A stretch of DNA of 64,000 nt from NCBI GenBank assembly GCA_020632655.1, contig JACKFD010000002.1:227757-291756 (forward strand). Reading direction: 5' to 3'. Positions within the stretch are counted from its first letter, which is position 1; the number at the start of each line of letters is the position of its first letter. A program made the translations under genes and the position numbers. The notes beneath the pieces were generated by a model, which did no database searches, was not told where the DNA came from, and saw only the letters and a list, made by a program, of their open reading frames with translations. This DNA is from Spirochaetaceae bacterium (GTDB lineage Bacteria > Myxococcota_A > UBA9160 > UBA4427). This document shows positions 10,346-19,349 of this stretch, piece after piece.

Positions 10346-11062
10346 CTAACGCGCCGCGATCTCGTTCAGGATGGCCGCGACGTCCTTCGGATGCGTGACC
10401 ATCGCCGGATGCGGCGCGTCGATCTCGCGCACCTCGAGCCCGGGCAGGAGCGAGATCGCGTGCGCCTGCTGCGCCGGGGTGACCGAGAGGTCCTGACCGA
10501 GTCGGATGTAGCTGCGCGCCAGGTCGTCCGGCAGGCCCGCGCGCGACGCCCGATCCGTGAAGAGGCGACGCGACTCGGCCACGTGGCGCCGCACCAGGAA
10601 CTCGACGTCCTCCTCGGACATCGTGCCGTTCAGCATCTCCCGATGATGCGCATCGCTCATCTCGATCCGCGCGTCCTCGGCGTTTCCCAGTCGGCGGATC
10701 GCCTGCTCGCGCGTCTCCGGCAGGAAGCCGTCGACGATCGCGCCGCCGTCGGGCGCGAGCAGCGTGCTCAGCAGGACGAGGTGCGCGATCCGCTCGGGCC
10801 GCCGCGCCGCGGCGACGGGTACGGTCGCCCCGCCGAGGGAGTGTCCGACCAGCACGGCCCGCTCGAAGCCGCTCGCGTCGAGGTCGGCGAGCACGGCCTG
10901 CACGCAGGCTTCGAGCGTGACCGTCTCCATCGGCGCAGGCCGGCTGCCCCGACCGGGTAGATCGACGGCGACCGCCGGGCGCGAGAGGAGCGGCACGAGT
11001 CGCTCCCAGCAGCGCGCGTCGTGGAAGCCACCGTGGACGAGGACGAAGCCGTCAGCGCTCAT
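10346..11062 (-). CDS. Alpha/beta-fold hydrolase (esterase/methylesterase-like)
   Basis: 238 aa: FVLVHGGFHDARCW...VLVGHSLGG (GxSxG nucleophile elbow)...DAPHPAM. The ATG overlaps the upstream stop as ATGA (11059-11062). Confidence 0.8.
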   Translation of the reverse strand: MSADGFVLVHGGFHDARCWERLVPLLSRPAVAVDLPGRGSRPAPMETVTLEACVQAVLADLDASGFERAVLVGHSLGGATVPVAAARRPERIAHLVLLSTLLAPDGGAIVDGFLPETREQAIRRLGNAEDARIEMSDAHHREMLNGTMSEEDVEFLVRRHVAESRRLFTDRASRAGLPDDLARSYIRLGQDLSVTPAQQAHAISLLPGLEVREIDAPHPAMVTHPKDVAAILNEIAAR

Positions 11063-12936
11063 CGGATCGAGGCGCTCTCCAGGGATCGTTCGGGTGCGAG
11101 GCTGGACGTTCGTCGCCGCCTCTCCCGGCGGAGTCGCGTGAGCAGACCTGCGCCGCAAGCCAGCGCAGCGGCGAAGCCCGGCTCCGGAACGATCGTCACG
11201 GCCGTCGTGTCGACGGCGCTCGCCCAGCCGTCGGTCACCTGGAGGCGTAGCGAGCCTGTGTAGGGCTCGAGATAGAGCGCGCTCGTGAGCGTCGGCGTCC
11301 TGGCCCAGTCGGTGTCCCAGCTGCCGTCGCCGTTCGTGTCCCAGCGATAGAAGAGGGGGCGTCCATCCGGGTCGAGGGACGCGCTCCCGTCGAGGGTCAT
11401 CGCTTCGCCGACCGTCCCGGTGTAGGGGCCCGAGGCGTCGGCGACGGGCGACTGGTTCGGGTCGCTGCCCCAGGCGAAGACGAAGAAGAGGGGATCCGTC
11501 CGGAAGGCCACCGGCAGCCCGGAGACGGCGCGCAGATCGTAGTCGTCGTCCGATGCGGCGCTGGTACTCCGCGCCATCGTGCTCCAGCGCCGCTGGGGGT
11601 ACTGGCTCGCGAGCAGGCTCCTGAAATGGCTGGCTTGCGTGGGGCCGTCGACGCTCACCAGGAGGGGCTGCTGCTGCAGGAAGTCCCGCCAGGTGATGAG
11701 AGGCGTCGAGTTCGTGTCCGTGTAGGAGTTGAAGACGACGGCGGAGTGCCCGTCGACCCAATCGGTTCGTCGATGCAGCTGCGCGTGCACGTAGCTGTAG
11801 CCCCAGGTCGTCGATCCGGAGGTATGCGATGCGAAGACGTTCCAATGGTGGTCCGGGAGGAGCCCGACGAAGAAGTTCTTGAACTGGGCGGTCCGCGAGT
11901 CGACGTTGCCCGACGTCGAGTAGAACATGTTGTTGGCGAGCGTCGAGAAGTCGCTCGCGATGTCGGCGACCTGGGCGGCCATGGGCATGTTGCGCGCGAT
12001 GATGCCGTCGATGAGGGCTGCACCGGGAAAGTCCATCATCATCACGCCGGTCTTGGGGTAGAGCGATACGAAGGGCCCCGCGAAGAGGAAATCGAGGAAG
12101 AACTCGTTCACGCCCGTCGTCGTGCAGCACTCGCCCCCGGCGACCGAGCTCGGGAAGAGGCCACCCGCGCCGCTCGTGAAGTTGATGTAGAGGTCGTTCT
12201 CGTCCCCCGGGTCGGGATGGTTGGTCAGCAGGAGGTGGTCCGCGACATGCTGCCACTTGGCGTCGATCTCCCAGATGCAGCACACGTAGAATTCGTCCTG
12301 GATCTCGAGCAGCGGCGAGAGCTCCCAGTGCAGGCCGTAGGCCGTGCCGCCCGTGAAGTCGTGGAGGACGACGACCTTCCCGCGCACCTCGCCGAGGGTG
12401 GGGATCCGCGCGCGCGTGTCCTGATGGAAGAGGTTCGGGTAGAGAGACCGGTACCACTCGTACGTCTCGGCGAAGGTCCGCGTATTGTCCTGCTCGTCGT
12501 CCGGTCGCTCGTTCTTCAGGCGCATGATGATCGTCTCGGTCGGGTTGTCGTTCAGGAAGTCCTGACAGACCGCGAGGACGTCACCGCCGAAGAAGTATCC
12601 GAGGAAGATCGAGCCGTGATGGATCGCGAAGGAGTCGGCGATGTGTCGGGCCCGGATGTCGAGCGCTCGGATGCCCGCGTCGAGCTGCGCGCGCAGCGAG
12701 AGCCCCTGGGTCTCGGGGCTCGGGCCGCCGTTGTCCGCCATCGTGTCGTGCGTTCCGGGAATCGAGAGCTCGGCGAGGCTGTGGTGATCCGGAATCCAGC
12801 GCATCCAGTCGGGGTGGCTGGTGTCGATCGTCGAATCGCTGTTGTAGTAGCGGCCCCCGGCCGTGGCGCTGGCGGGGGGAAGCAGGAGCGACGAGAGCGC
12901 CACGAGGGCGAGCATTGCGGCGGGGTGGCGGATCAT
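11059..12936 (-). CDS. Secreted PI-PLC X-domain phosphodiesterase with PKD-like domain and PEP-CTERM anchor
   Basis: 625 aa. It has a signal peptide, then WMRWIPDHHSLAELSIPGTHDT...IRALDIR...HHG (bacterial PI-PLC pattern). A PKD-like segment follows (PVADASGPYTGTVGEAMTLDGSASLDPDGRPLFYRWDTNGDG). The C-terminus is TIVPEPGFAAALACGAGLLTRLRRERRRR. Confidence 0.85.
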   Translation of the reverse strand: MIRHPAAMLALVALSSLLLPPASATAGGRYYNSDSTIDTSHPDWMRWIPDHHSLAELSIPGTHDTMADNGGPSPETQGLSLRAQLDAGIRALDIRARHIADSFAIHHGSIFLGYFFGGDVLAVCQDFLNDNPTETIIMRLKNERPDDEQDNTRTFAETYEWYRSLYPNLFHQDTRARIPTLGEVRGKVVVLHDFTGGTAYGLHWELSPLLEIQDEFYVCCIWEIDAKWQHVADHLLLTNHPDPGDENDLYINFTSGAGGLFPSSVAGGECCTTTGVNEFFLDFLFAGPFVSLYPKTGVMMMDFPGAALIDGIIARNMPMAAQVADIASDFSTLANNMFYSTSGNVDSRTAQFKNFFVGLLPDHHWNVFASHTSGSTTWGYSYVHAQLHRRTDWVDGHSAVVFNSYTDTNSTPLITWRDFLQQQPLLVSVDGPTQASHFRSLLASQYPQRRWSTMARSTSAASDDDYDLRAVSGLPVAFRTDPLFFVFAWGSDPNQSPVADASGPYTGTVGEAMTLDGSASLDPDGRPLFYRWDTNGDGSWDTDWARTPTLTSALYLEPYTGSLRLQVTDGWASAVDTTAVTIVPEPGFAAALACGAGLLTRLRRERRRRTSSLAPERSLESASIR

Positions 12937-13107
12937 CGGGACAGCTCCTGCTCGAGAACGGCATTTCGAGCCAGCCTAGCGCCCGACACGGTCCGGGGGC
13001 CAGAGCGACGCTTCGCGCGTGGCGCGGGTAGCGTGGCGCGGACGGCGAAGCCCCGGATCGGGCCCCGGTCGCCCGGCAGGGCGCCGAGGCCTTCCGGGAA
13101 GGACGCG

Positions 13108-13449
13108 CTAGAGGTCGTCCGGCACGAGCCTGCGCAGCAGGAGGTCGAGGTCGACGGCCGTCCCTGCTCGGCGTTCCCTCACGTGTTGCGTCAGGACGAT
13201 GAAATGGAGCACCTCGCGGAGACCCAGGGCGCGCGCGTCGGGGTTGGTCCAGTCATCGAGGCTCTGCTCGGCGCAACGGAGGATCTCGTCGGCCTCGCTC
13301 GGTTCGACCTTCGAGACTTCGATGAGGACGGCTCGATACAAGGGGCGACCCGAGAGGTGCGGCTGCTCGGCGCGCAGTCGCATGCTCGATCGGACGAGAT
13401 GCTTGATCTGCCTCCGGAGCGCCCACCACTCGACGAGTCCCGCGAACAT
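13108..13449 (-). CDS. Hypothetical protein (113 aa)
   Basis: ATG 13447-13449. The composition is protein-like (MFAGLVEWWALRRQIKHLV...EADEILRCAEQSLDDWTNPDARALGLREVLHFIVL). I recognise no family. Confidence 0.4.
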   Translation of the reverse strand: MFAGLVEWWALRRQIKHLVRSSMRLRAEQPHLSGRPLYRAVLIEVSKVEPSEADEILRCAEQSLDDWTNPDARALGLREVLHFIVLTQHVRERRAGTAVDLDLLLRRLVPDDL

Positions 13450-13764
13450 TCCAGACACCTCGGCGGATACCTCGCCTGACACCCCGGCGACGGCGTGGGG
13501 AAAGCGTCGAAGGAAGGACCCTTTGCACCCCACGAGCTCGGATCGCCTCCAGGCAATACGTCGCGAAGCGCCTGGATGGATTCCGGGGACGGGCCATCGA
13601 GGGGTCGGGGGAGGTCCGGGGCGTGGCGCGTCGCCCGCAGCCGGGATGCAGATCCTCGTGGCGCCACCCCTTCGTCGGCGCCACGCAGCGCTGTGATCTG
13701 GGATAGGCTCCGCCGAGCGAATGGCGATGAGGGCTTTGCGTATCCGATGCCCTCGGAGGTGCCC

Positions 13765-14160
13765 ATGGCTGCCCGGATCTTCCTCGCGATCTTCGGCCTC
13801 TTCTCGCTCCCGTACGCGATCTACTGCTTCGTGGACCCGGCCTTCCTCGCGCCCTTCGCCGGGGTGGCGGCGACGACGACGACGGGGACCATCGAGATCC
13901 AGGCCATGTACGGCGGCCTGCAGGCGGGCTTCGGGGCGCTGGCGCTCTTCGGCGCCCTGCGCGTCGAGCACCTGCGATCGGTCCTGCTCTCGACCGCCTT
14001 CCTCGTCACGGGCCTCGGGCTCTTCCGACTGCTCGGCGCCATGCGTGCGGGAGAGCTGTCCTCCTACACGGTGCAGGGACTCGCCTTCGAGATCCCGTCG
14101 GCGATGATCGCGATCGGTCTCTACGTGTACGGATCGCGCCGCGCTTCGACGCCCGCCTGA
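13765..14160 (+). CDS. Small 4-TM membrane protein (DUF4345-like)
   Basis: ATG 13765 lies 6 nt after GGAGG. The 131-aa product reads MAARIFLAIFGLFSLPYAIYCF...EIQAMYGGLQAGFGALALFGAL..., with four hydrophobic segments. Confidence 0.6.
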   Translation: MAARIFLAIFGLFSLPYAIYCFVDPAFLAPFAGVAATTTTGTIEIQAMYGGLQAGFGALALFGALRVEHLRSVLLSTAFLVTGLGLFRLLGAMRAGELSSYTVQGLAFEIPSAMIAIGLYVYGSRRASTPA

Positions 14161-14215
14161 TGAGATCGGTGATGCCCAATGGCGCAGGAGGTCATGCTCG
14201 CGCCGAGACGGGTGG

Positions 14216-14683
14216 CTAGCCGCCCTCGATTGCCTGGCTGATCTCCCTCTCGGCCTCGACGATCTCGTCCAGGGCCGCCGACAGCCGCTGCTGCGACGTC
14301 TCCCAACGCTCCTTGCCAGCCGTGCGAGCCGATCTCAACTCGCTGGCGAGCTCGACTCGCGCCTGCTCTGCCCGGTCGATCGCATCCTGGACCTCGCTTC
14401 GGGCCTCATCGGAGATGCCTGAGAGGGTGCTCCTGGCTTCGTCGAGCTCGGTGTCGACACGCTCGAGGGATTCCTCCGCGCGTCGTTCGAGCGTTTCGAA
14501 ACGCTCACCTGCATAGGCCTTGGCGGATTCGTAGGCCTCACGCGTCTCCTCGCGAACCGTGCTCGCCGACACGTCGCGTTCGTCGTCGGGCTCGTTCGAG
14601 CCACACGCGAGAAGCAGCGTGGTGATGGCGAGAGTCGAGAATCCACGTGCGTACGGGTAGAGAATGGCGGGGGGGCTCGGCAT
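14216..14683 (-). CDS. Lipoprotein with helical apolipoprotein-like repeats
   Basis: ATG 14681-14683 follows AAGGAGGA. A lipobox is present (TTLLLACGS). The remainder is E/R/A-rich amphipathic repeats (ERFETLERRAEESLERVDTELDEARS...). Confidence 0.7.
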   Translation of the reverse strand: MPSPPAILYPYARGFSTLAITTLLLACGSNEPDDERDVSASTVREETREAYESAKAYAGERFETLERRAEESLERVDTELDEARSTLSGISDEARSEVQDAIDRAEQARVELASELRSARTAGKERWETSQQRLSAALDEIVEAEREISQAIEGG

Positions 14684-14924
14684 GAATGAATCCTCCTTCG
14701 GGCTCGCGTCCTGGCCCTCGAACGTTCGAATTGCACATCCCGGTTCGCGGTACGTCGTACGGTCCTTCGAATTCACGAACCGTTCCAAGGTCTCGACATG
14801 GCTGACCGCGATCGCGGCCGGTGTTTGCGTGCGTTCGTCGCGGGCGAGCGAGGCGTCGTCGACGAATCCGGGTTCGTGCGCCCGAACACCTGGATGGTCG
14901 GACACCCGTCTCCGAGCATGCCGT

Positions 14925-15347
14925 TCAGTGGCTTCGCTGCATCTTCACGATCTCACTGAGGTGGAGCTGCTCCGCTCGGATCATCGAGCGCGTGTACTCC
15001 TCGAGCTGGATGCTCTGGGATCGGACGAGCGTCAGCAGCTCCTCGTAGAGGCCGATGCCACGTCGTTCGTGTTCGATGAGCTCGGCGAGGATCGGGTCGA
15101 TCCCCTCGTGATGGGTCGCGACGACCGCACCGATTCCGAGCGAGGGCCGGCCGCCGAGGGTGGTGACTTCTTCGCCCGCAGCTCGTGCATGGTCTAGCGC
15201 CTCGCTCGCCTGTTCCTTCATCCAGCCGATGATCGGAATCCGCGCGTGGCCGAAGATCATGAGCGTGTATTGCGTGTATCGGATCGCCCCCGCGAGCTCC
15301 AGCTCCACGATTGCGTTCAACTGCTCGATCACCGCCTCCTCGTCCAT
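14925..15347 (-). CDS. Ferritin-like di-iron protein (bacterioferritin/Dps-like)
   Basis: 140 aa. It aligns by eye to the Bfr four-helix pattern with ligand motifs ELELAG...Y, EALDHA (ExxH), IEHERRG, and EEYTRSMIRAEQLH (E...H). Confidence 0.85.
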   Translation of the reverse strand: MDEEAVIEQLNAIVELELAGAIRYTQYTLMIFGHARIPIIGWMKEQASEALDHARAAGEEVTTLGGRPSLGIGAVVATHHEGIDPILAELIEHERRGIGLYEELLTLVRSQSIQLEEYTRSMIRAEQLHLSEIVKMQRSH

Positions 15348-15676
15348 CCCTCGACTCCCGATCTCGATCTTGGTCCCGTACGAGGGAGCAGGATCCGTGC
15401 CGAGCGAATCCCGTCCATCGGAAGCACCGGATCGGTCGCGCCGCAGGGGACCGGGCGGTTCCCGCGACCAGAATCCGGGAGTCGGAGCGCTTCGACCGAA
15501 TGGCGTTTCTACAAACCGCGTTACCCGTCATGGCCCGGTGGGCGTCCTCTCGCAGGGCAAGAGGGCCGTCCGGCCGGCGGGCACGCGCCTTGCTCTGTCT
15601 ACTCCCTCCCGATGTCGTCGTCGGGGCCGGTGCGGACGCCGGTGCGCTCGAGGCGACTGGAGCAAGGGAGACATCC

Positions 15677-15907
15677 ATGACACGCTGTGCTCACGCCAAC
15701 TGCTACTGCGACCTCGACGAGTCGGCCGCGATGGACGGGTACTGCAGCCCCTACTGCGCGAACGCGGGCGCACCCGCGGCCACCGACCCCGCCGCTGAAT
15801 CGGCCTGCGCCTGCCAGCACGCGGACTGCAGCGTGGCGGCCTCGCGCGAGAACAGCCGGGACCGATCCTCGCCGATTGCGATGGGTGGGGGTCCGGTTCC
15901 GGGATGA
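15677..15907 (+). CDS. Small Cys-rich protein, metallothionein-like
   Basis: ATG 15677 follows GGGAG. The 76-aa product MTRCAHANCYCDLDESAAMDGYCSPYCANAG...ACACQHADC has 9 Cys plus His in CxC/CxxxC arrangements, like bacterial metallothionein-type proteins. It is divergent from the ferritin-like gene. Confidence 0.5.
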   Translation: MTRCAHANCYCDLDESAAMDGYCSPYCANAGAPAATDPAAESACACQHADCSVAASRENSRDRSSPIAMGGGPVPG

Positions 15908-15998
15908 CCTCGGACGAGGCCGAGGCCGGGCGCGCCCGTGACCCACCCGTGCGACCTCGACGATCGGGGTGCGGGTAGCCTCCGTCTTTGCCGAATCG

Positions 15999-16157
15999 TC
16001 AGCCTTCGCGTTTGCGCCCGCGACCCAGCCAGAGTCGATGTGCCAGGCCCGGAAGAAATCCCGCGACCGTGAGGAGGACGTTGAGCCAGAACTGGGCGCC
16101 GACGCCTCGAAGGCGAGCGACGCCGAGCGGGGGAAGCATCAGCCCGGCCTTGTCCAT
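15999..16157 (-). CDS. YqaE/Pmp3-family small membrane proteolipid
   Basis: The C-terminal LPPLGVARLRGVGAQFWLNVLLTVAGFLPGLAH matches the LPPLGV...G.G..FWIN.LLT..G..PG..HA signature. The start is uncertain (ATG 16155-16157 or ATG 16137-16139). Confidence 0.65.
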   Translation of the reverse strand: MDKAGLMLPPLGVARLRGVGAQFWLNVLLTVAGFLPGLAHRLWLGRGRKREG

Positions 16158-16414
16158 GCGGATTGGCCGATCGACGGGGCCCGGATCGGGAGCTTCGTTG
16201 CGAGTGGGCCCTACGGTCGAAGGTCGGTCGACCGATTCGTCAGTGCTTCGCGCAACATTCTCCCCGGCCCCCCCGAGCCTCCCTGCCGAGGGAACAGACA
16301 TCTCCTCGCCAGTGATGCGGGGCGTGTCGTCTTCCCGACGCCGGGTCGAGCGCGCGGGCTCGTTGGTCGCCGTCTTGTCTCCGGCCGCTCGAAGCGTATG
16401 GAGGGCCGTGCGCG

Positions 16415-18076
16415 TCACGGTTCGGACATCACGATCGTGCCGGCGCGCCCGACGAGGGCTTGCCCGATCGACTCCGCGTCGCAGATGATCGTCCTTCCGC
16501 CCGTCGCGCCGAAACGACGGGCGGCCTCGACCTTGGGCGCCATCGTGCCTTCCTCGAACTGCCCGGCATCGAGCCAGCCTGCGAGCTCGTTCGGCGTCAC
16601 GCAGTCGAGCGGCCGCTGTGATTCGCTGCCGAAGTCGAGATAGACGCACGGCACGGAGGTGACGATCAGCAGCTCGTCGGCCCCCAGCTGGCGGGCGAGG
16701 AGCGCGCCCGCGAGATCCTTGTCGACGACGGCGTCCTGACCGACCAGCGAACCCGAGGCGTCACGGACGACCGGAACGCCGCCCCCGCCTGCCGCGATGG
16801 CGATCGTCCGCGCGCGCAGGAGGTCTTCGATCACGTCGACCTCGACGATCTCCATCGGTTCGGGCGACGGCACGAGACGACGCCAGCGCGCGCCGATCTG
16901 CTTCATGCTGTGGCCGCGTCGCTCGAGGGCTCGCGCGCATTCCTCTTCGTAGAAGGGACCGATCGGTTTGGTCGGTCGAGCGAAGGCGGGGTCGTCGGCG
17001 CGCACGATCGTCTGAGTGAGGACGGAGGCGATCGATCGGGTGATCCCACGCTTCGCGAGCACGTTTCGCAACGTCTGCTGCAGCACGTAGCCCAGCTCGC
17101 CCTCGGACTCGGCCACGCAGACCTCGAGGGGAATCGCATAGCTCGAACCGAGCGATGCCTCGACCCGGGCAAGCATGTGCCCGACTTGAGGCCCGTTTCC
17201 GTGTACGAGCAGCAGCTCGTCTCGCGGATCGAAGACCTCTGCGATCCGTTCGAGAGCCTGCTCCGCGAATTCGAACTGCCCTGCCATGGAGAGCTTCCCA
17301 CCGGGAGCGCGGAAGGCGCCGCCGCCGAGCAGGGCGACCCGCCTCCGAGGGGACGGTCGATTCGCGTCGGCCGCAGCGACTCGAGAGCTTCGGGTCTCGG
17401 CGATCAGATCGTCGGTGTCGATGATCCTCGCGTACCGGTTCTCGAGCGTGGCGAGCGCCGTACGATGGAGCTCCGGCGTCACGGTCGCGCAAGCGTCCGA
17501 GACGACGGTGACGAAGAAGCCGATGTCCGACGCCACCCGCGCGGCGGTGGAGATGCACTCGTTCGTATAGACGCCGGCGATGACCAGCGAATCGATGCCG
17601 ACGTTCCGGAGGATGTATTCGAGCGGCGTCGACTCGAATGCGCCGCTCGAAGTCTTGTCGACGACGATCTCGTCGTGGCGTGGGGCAACACGCGGTAGGA
17701 AGCGCGCGTCGCGCGAGCCGCGGGGGGCGTGGAGTCCGAGACGCTTGTGCTGCGCGCTCCGGTCCCGACCGTCCAGGGTCAACGATTGGATGCGAACGTG
17801 GATGACCTCGCGCCCCGCGGCGCGGAAGGCACGCTGCAACCGCTGGACGTTCGGGAGCACCGTCTGCTCGAGCCTATCCAGGTAGTACGCCCGCGCCGCC
17901 GCAGGAAGCTCGGCGAAGATCCCCTGGTCGGGCGAGGCGTCGAGTCCCTGTAGATCGACGCAGAGGAGTGCGGGGGGTGCGGTGCCGCCGCGCACCGCTC
18001 GCTCCGGCTGGATCGAGGGTGCATAGAAGCGACGGAGCGGGTCTCCGGGGCGTTCTACGGAAGCGTCGGTCGACAC
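16415..18076 (-). CDS. Fusion protein: isochorismatase-family cysteine hydrolase (N) + carbamate kinase (C)
   Basis: One uninterrupted 553-aa frame. Residues about 35-225 read ALLCVDLQ...DKTSSGAFESTPL...LVIAGVYTNECISTAAR (isochorismatase-like). Residues about 247-553 read VALLGGGAF...LVHGNGPQVG...AAGGGGVPV...MAPKVEAA (carbamate kinase). No start codon or SD occurs at the junction (about 17338-17395). Confidence 0.85.
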   Translation of the reverse strand: MSTDASVERPGDPLRRFYAPSIQPERAVRGGTAPPALLCVDLQGLDASPDQGIFAELPAAARAYYLDRLEQTVLPNVQRLQRAFRAAGREVIHVRIQSLTLDGRDRSAQHKRLGLHAPRGSRDARFLPRVAPRHDEIVVDKTSSGAFESTPLEYILRNVGIDSLVIAGVYTNECISTAARVASDIGFFVTVVSDACATVTPELHRTALATLENRYARIIDTDDLIAETRSSRVAAADANRPSPRRRVALLGGGAFRAPGGKLSMAGQFEFAEQALERIAEVFDPRDELLLVHGNGPQVGHMLARVEASLGSSYAIPLEVCVAESEGELGYVLQQTLRNVLAKRGITRSIASVLTQTIVRADDPAFARPTKPIGPFYEEECARALERRGHSMKQIGARWRRLVPSPEPMEIVEVDVIEDLLRARTIAIAAGGGGVPVVRDASGSLVGQDAVVDKDLAGALLARQLGADELLIVTSVPCVYLDFGSESQRPLDCVTPNELAGWLDAGQFEEGTMAPKVEAARRFGATGGRTIICDAESIGQALVGRAGTIVMSEP

Positions 18077-18486
18077 ACGGATGCTCCCTCGTTGCCGTCC
18101 ACCTCATCGGGCGAAGTCGAACGGGCGATTACGAACGCAAGAGAGACAGCAATGTTCATGCCTGGCGTGACGAAGTCCGAACGCGACGGCGCCGTCCGCA
18201 GGCGGGTCGGCGATGCGTTCGGAATCCCGCAGCGCTCCGAGGTGGCCACGGGGGGGCTGCAGATTGTAGAAACGATCGGACTCGCGACTCGGATGATGGA
18301 GCCCGACCGATCTCCTCGTCCTCGAGGCCCCGCCTCGAGCGAGCGGGGCAGGCCGCACCATCAGGTGTCATGGCTGTCCAGGCCGGAGGCCGGCGCGGCG
18401 ATGCTCCTTCACGGCATGTCGGCATGCGTCTTGCGTTTCCATGTCGCCAAGAACACGAGCGCAATGACGCGCTGCCTGAGAGGAAC

Positions 18487-18828
18487 ATGATGATGGACAC
18501 GACGATCAAGAAGGTGGACTCGGCGCATTCGCCTCGGGGCAGGGCCGGTGAAACCCATCTGGCGAGTGGGAAGGCGGTGGCCATGCGTCACTGGGCAGAG
18601 GCCGCCGGCGAGGGCAAGCCCCACTCGCGCCCCTACGAGACGGTGGGCTACGTGATCGCAGGACGCGCCGAAGTGGTGAGCGAAGGACAGCTGATCAAGC
18701 TCGCGCCGGGAGACTCCTGGGTCATTCCGAGTCACGCACGTCACTACTACCGGATCCTGGAGTCCTTCCAGGCCGTCGAGGCGACGAGTCCTCCTGCTCA
18801 CGTCTTCCGTCGCAGCGAAGAGGAGTAG
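18487..18828 (+). CDS. Cupin-domain protein
   Basis: 113 aa. ETVGYVIAGRAEVVSEGQLIKLAPGDSWVIPSHARHYYRI shows the cupin two-motif pattern. There is a triple ATG at 18487-18495. It is divergent from the fusion gene. Confidence 0.7.
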   Translation: MMMDTTIKKVDSAHSPRGRAGETHLASGKAVAMRHWAEAAGEGKPHSRPYETVGYVIAGRAEVVSEGQLIKLAPGDSWVIPSHARHYYRILESFQAVEATSPPAHVFRRSEEE

Positions 18829-19349
18829 CGTGTGGACGCTCTCCCGCCTCGTCGATCCGAGTCTGCTCCACCCCGCGCCGGGCCTTCGAAGGTCCGCGCC
18901 GAGGTTGAGGCGGAATGACGACGCGTCCAACGGCTCGTCCTCCCGTCGCTGGATTCGCTGGTCGCGTCGCATCGAAGGTCGCGCGAGGCGGGGTCTCGAC
19001 GGTCGTGATCCCGCGCCGGTGGCCGATCCTGCCTTCGATCCGCGGTTTCGGGGTTCCTGGGTACCGACTGCGAGATCGCGTGGTTGCCTGGTACGGATGA
19101 GTCGGCCTATCGGCCCGGACCTGATCGCATGCGCGAGTTCGGAGACCGCCTTACGGTCCCTACGCCCAAGCCATTCGACGAGAAGACGCACCTGGACTTC
19201 GGGTCTCCGACGGGCATCGCGACGGCCGCGGGCCGTGCGGCGGTCGAGCTGACTCCGACCTCCCTGATGTGGGTCGGACGCATCGAGATCCTCCCCGTCC
19301 CGATCCGGCTGCGTCGTCGACCAGGGCCGTTTGCGTCCAGGCTGCGCCA

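Noticed and set aside
15050-15150. SLGIG motif (GGRPSLGIGAV) inside the Bfr-like protein as a possible encapsulin targeting peptide
   Set aside because: The motif is internal, falling in the loop that aligns with the Bfr EGLPNLQDLGKL region, not in a C-terminal tail. It is most likely coincidence.
18830-19349. Possible small genes in the 520-bp gap between the cupin and the antiporter (e.g. 19084-19446, 18915-19100)
   Set aside because: Short patches look protein-like (MREFGDRLTVPTPKPFDEKTHLDFGSP...), but frames are broken, there is no RBS, and the end overlaps the antiporter gene. It is left unannotated as a possible gene remnant.
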